Below, piece by piece: positions 60,931 to 64,000 of a stretch of DNA of 64,000 nucleotides (within the stretch, counting starts at the first letter, position 1; the number at the start of each line of letters is the position of its first letter). The notes under the pieces are model-generated. The model searched no databases and was not told the DNA's origin. It worked only from the letters and a program-made list of their open reading frames with translations. This DNA comes from an uncultured Actinomycetota bacterium (GTDB taxonomy: Bacteria > Actinomycetota > Actinomycetes > JAHEKZ01). The stretch covers positions 384,001 through 448,000 of the forward strand of contig CAVURN010000005.1 in NCBI GenBank assembly GCA_963743915.1, written 5' to 3'. Position numbers and translations under genes: made by a program.

Positions 60931-61048
60931 TATCCACCTCCCCTGCTCAGCCTCTACGGTACGCACATATGCGCAGACACTGAAGTATGCCCAAGGAGCA
61001 GGCGACGCCCCAGGGTTACACTGACCGCACCGCACAACAGGAGGTGCC

Positions 61049-61408
61049 GTGGACCGCGAGACTTCGCTGGAGATCCACGAGCTGCACGCGCGGATCTGCA
61101 AGGCCATCGCCGACCCCAAGCGACTGCTCATCATCAACGAGCTGCGCAACGGCCCTCTCACGGTCGGTGAGCTCTCCGACGCGCTGGAGATCAGCCAGTC
61201 GAACTGCAGCCAGCACCTTGCGATTCTTCGCGAGCGCGGAGTCGTCACGGCGGAGCGCAACGGCACCAGCGTCAGCTACGAGCTGCGAGGCGACAAGGTC
61301 GTCCAGGCGGTGGACCTGCTGCGCGAGTTCATGGCGGAGGAGCTCGGCACCCGTAGCCGGCTGGGTCGTGCAGCGACGCGGGTGCCGAAGGCGCGCAGCC
61401 GACGCTGA
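61049..61408 (+). CDS. ArsR/SmtB-family regulator
   Basis: CKAIADPKRLLII, VGEL, SQSNCSQHLAILR; AGGAGG RBS. Confidence 0.9.
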   Translation: MDRETSLEIHELHARICKAIADPKRLLIINELRNGPLTVGELSDALEISQSNCSQHLAILRERGVVTAERNGTSVSYELRGDKVVQAVDLLREFMAEELGTRSRLGRAATRVPKARSRR

Positions 61409-61410
61409 CC

Positions 61411-62454
61411 TCAGGTTGTCCCGTCGAACGTGAACCGCTCGAAGGGAGTCGTGCACGCGTGACCGCGTGCCAGCCACATGGACCGAGTCTCCGACTCGCA
61501 CACCATCGCGAAGAGGATCGTCGCGCCCTCGTCACCTTCGTCCGGGTCCGGATGGACACAGATGTGCTGCCCCTCCGCGTCGTGGTCCGCCAGGAGCGCG
61601 GTCATGCCCTCCACGGTGACGCTCGTCGTCTCCGACAGCTTCTGCGCCCGCGCCAACCTCGACTGACTTCCTGCTGACGGGGCGCAGGCCTTCGCTGCGA
61701 CCGTCGGGGCGAGGGAGTGGTTCGTGTGCACCGTGAGGTCGAGCCGGGCCGCTGTGGTCGCCGTGGTCTCGATCACGCAGGCATCCCCACCGGGAAAGGC
61801 ACACAGATAGGAGTACCCTCCGGCGCGGTGCTCCGGGGTCGCCCGCTCGAGCGCATCGGCTGGATCGCGTGCGTCGAGCAAGTGGCGCGCGACCAGCGCA
61901 CGGGGCACTCCGACCTTCTCGTCCAAGGCCGAGAGCGACATCGTGCCGAAGGCTGCCCCGTGCTCGTTGAGCCCGACCAACGGCAACGTTCCCGCCACCA
62001 TCGGCGCCAGCACGGCCGGAGCGTCGTCGGACACGTCCAGGACGAGGCCCACGGCGCCTTCGTCCCCGGCGTACCACTGCTCGTTGTGGCCCAGCAGTGT
62101 CCTGCCGTCAGACCGCAGCACGACGTCGGTGCATCGCTCAAGGGGTGTCGCGGTCACATTGCCGAGCTCGACGACCCCGTAGACCTCCTCGAAAGCGTTG
62201 GCGAAGAAGACGTCGAGAAAGGGCTGGTCCGCTCCCTCCGCCATCCCGTGCAGCTGGTCGACCAGGTGCGGGAAGGCGGAGGTCGCTGCTTCGACGTAGG
62301 GGGCGAGCAGGACCTCGAGCGACGCGCGATCGATACCGTGATTCGCCAGGTAGCGGCGGTTGAAGTCCACCGACCGGGCGATGCCGTTGCCGAACGCCTC
62401 GCCCATCTGGGCGCCTCGCTGGTGCGGCGTCCCCGCCACGCGGATCACACTCAC
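61411..62454 (-). CDS. C45-family Ntn-hydrolase (acyl-CoA:6-APA acyltransferase-like)
   Basis: GTPHQRG, ERCTD autoproteolytic Cys, GHNEQW, GLNEHG, HTNH. Confidence 0.82.
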   Translation of the reverse strand: MSVIRVAGTPHQRGAQMGEAFGNGIARSVDFNRRYLANHGIDRASLEVLLAPYVEAATSAFPHLVDQLHGMAEGADQPFLDVFFANAFEEVYGVVELGNVTATPLERCTDVVLRSDGRTLLGHNEQWYAGDEGAVGLVLDVSDDAPAVLAPMVAGTLPLVGLNEHGAAFGTMSLSALDEKVGVPRALVARHLLDARDPADALERATPEHRAGGYSYLCAFPGGDACVIETTATTAARLDLTVHTNHSLAPTVAAKACAPSAGSQSRLARAQKLSETTSVTVEGMTALLADHDAEGQHICVHPDPDEGDEGATILFAMVCESETRSMWLARGHACTTPFERFTFDGTT

Positions 62455-63584
62455 TCGGGCATCGGCCCCCGCACCCGCAGGTACCGCTCGGCGAACCGGT
62501 GCAGGAACGCGTCCTGAGGTGGGTACACGCCCTGGACGAAGCCCGGTGACCCGACTCCCCGCTGAGCGCGTTCGCACACCGCCCAGTCCTGGACGCTGAC
62601 CAGGTCGAGGAAGTCGACCATGTCGGAGCAGTCGAAGTCCGGTGCGTCCACGCTCTCCGGTCGGAACAGGTACTCGGACACGATGGTGGTGAGAGCGGGT
62701 CCACGCGGATAGAGCGTGTACACCATGGCACCCGTCGACACCAGGTTCATCATGACGTTGGGGAAGACGGAGTAGCCCCAGTACGTCCGACGGTCGAGGT
62801 CGGTGAGATCGGGCAGGATCGGGAGCGACGACGTGCCGGACAGCGTGAAGGTCGAGTAGCCGTCGTCCAAGGTGGCGCCGAGGTCTGGTCGATCCGGGTC
62901 GAAGACCATGCCCTTGCGGTACATGGGCACCAGGTTCGACAGCTCGGGGTGCACGCCGGGACAGTGCAGGCACTCGTTGAAGTTGTCATGGATGATCTTC
63001 CAGTTGGCCCGCACCTCGTACTCGATGCGGCGGCCGAGCCGGAGCTCACCGACGTGGTACCGCTCGTACTCCAGGGGACCGTCGGGCTCGTCGGCAAGCT
63101 GGTCGAGCAGCGGCTGCGGGTCGGGTCCGAGATGGACGAAGACGAACCCTTCCCACTCGTCACAGGCGACTGACCGGAGTGGGTACCGGCTGCGGTCGAA
63201 GTCCTCGGTGTCGCGCACGTTCGGCGTCCCGATCAGTCGACCCTCGAGGTCGTACACCCAGTTGTGGTACGGGCAGCTGAAGGCGCCCTTGGTGCTGCCG
63301 ACCCCTTCGTCGCAGAGCACCGTTCCTCGGTGCCGGCAGACGTTGTAGAAAGCACGGACGACACCGTCCTTGCCACGGACGACCAGGACTCCGGTCCCAG
63401 CCACGTCCCGGGCGAGGTAGTCGCCGGGCCGTTCGATCTCTTCGGCGCGTCCGACACAGAACCAGCTGCGTTGGAACACCGTCTCGCGTTCGCGCTGCCA
63501 CACGGACGAGTCGTGGTAGTCACGCCCCGGCAGGCCAGGAAACGTCTGGTCGATCGCGACACCGGCGATGGTCTCGTCGAGCAT
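62451..63584 (-). CDS. Rieske oxygenase alpha subunit (GbcA/choline monooxygenase-like group)
   Basis: NVCRHRG, CPYHNWVY, NWKIIHDNFNECLHCPGVHPE, QDWAVCE. Confidence 0.9.
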   Translation of the reverse strand: MLDETIAGVAIDQTFPGLPGRDYHDSSVWQRERETVFQRSWFCVGRAEEIERPGDYLARDVAGTGVLVVRGKDGVVRAFYNVCRHRGTVLCDEGVGSTKGAFSCPYHNWVYDLEGRLIGTPNVRDTEDFDRSRYPLRSVACDEWEGFVFVHLGPDPQPLLDQLADEPDGPLEYERYHVGELRLGRRIEYEVRANWKIIHDNFNECLHCPGVHPELSNLVPMYRKGMVFDPDRPDLGATLDDGYSTFTLSGTSSLPILPDLTDLDRRTYWGYSVFPNVMMNLVSTGAMVYTLYPRGPALTTIVSEYLFRPESVDAPDFDCSDMVDFLDLVSVQDWAVCERAQRGVGSPGFVQGVYPPQDAFLHRFAERYLRVRGPMPE

Positions 63585-63669
63585 GCACAACCTCCTCGAG
63601 CGGTGTGGCCGCACCCTCGCCCCGATTGCACCGCCCCGTTGCCTGGGAGGTCAAGGCATACTGACGCGG

Positions 63670-64000
63670 GTGCGCCTCCGTGTGGTCATCCTGGTCTACC
63701 TGGCGCTCTTTGTGGGTGAGCTCTCCTGGTCCGGCGTCACGCCGCTGATCCCGTCATACATCGAGCAGTACGACCTCAGCGACTTCGAGGGTGGGCTCGT
63801 GCTCTCGGTCGCCAGTCTCGGCATCCTCCTGGCCTCGGTCCCGGCGGGGTACGTCACCCGACGGATCGACGCGCGCACGCTGACACTCGGCGCCATGGCA
63901 GTGATCGGGCTCTCGGGACTGGCGATGGCTCTGCTGCCGAGCTACCCGGCGATCATTGCGGCACGCCTCGTGTTCGGGCTGGCGTTCGGCACGCTCTGGG
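63670..64000 (+). CDS. MFS transporter (partial, runs off window)
   Basis: Open frame VRLRVVILVYLALFVGEL...PAGYVTRRIDAR..., resembling MFS motif A. Confidence 0.7.
   Translation, partial: MRLRVVILVYLALFVGELSWSGVTPLIPSYIEQYDLSDFEGGLVLSVASLGILLASVPAGYVTRRIDARTLTLGAMAVIGLSGLAMALLPSYPAIIAARLVFGLAFGTLW

Overview
High-GC actinobacterial DNA (Nocardioides-like gene content). Frameshifts cluster at ~1-6 kb, ~39-46.5 kb and ~52.7-57 kb and look like long-read indel errors. (1) About 2.8-38 kb is an accessory catabolic block, visibly richer in A/T at wobble positions. It holds a near-complete actinobacterial nicotine 'pyridine pathway' cluster: ndhMSL-like, kdhL plus kdhMS, pnh, dhpH, cyclase, nit, mabO-like, coxD/E/F/G, mocA, a PucR regulator and a split sugar-type ABC transporter. 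It has no recognisable 6-hydroxynicotine oxidase. It carries instead two tandem TMADH-family flavoproteins with non-canonical cofactor and active-site motifs, plus a luciferase-like DUF5519 gene and wrbA. (2) tRNA-Arg(CCT) is followed by a head-to-tail stack of two IS481-family elements and a third left-end remnant, each separated by a ~14-16 bp copy of the tRNA 3' end. (3) Ordinary secreted and membrane genes follow: duplicated Ca-binding proteins, ClC, a multicopper oxidase, an EEP lipoprotein and a GH26-like enzyme. (4) A sulfur cluster (DsrE2, TusA, 4Fe-4S/NrfD fusion, DMSO-reductase-family molybdoenzyme, rhodanese-MBL, SulP, ArsR) shares a candidate operator motif. (5) A Rieske oxygenase, C45 hydrolase and MFS transporter end the window. 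Gene names come from recalled motif similarity, not database searches.
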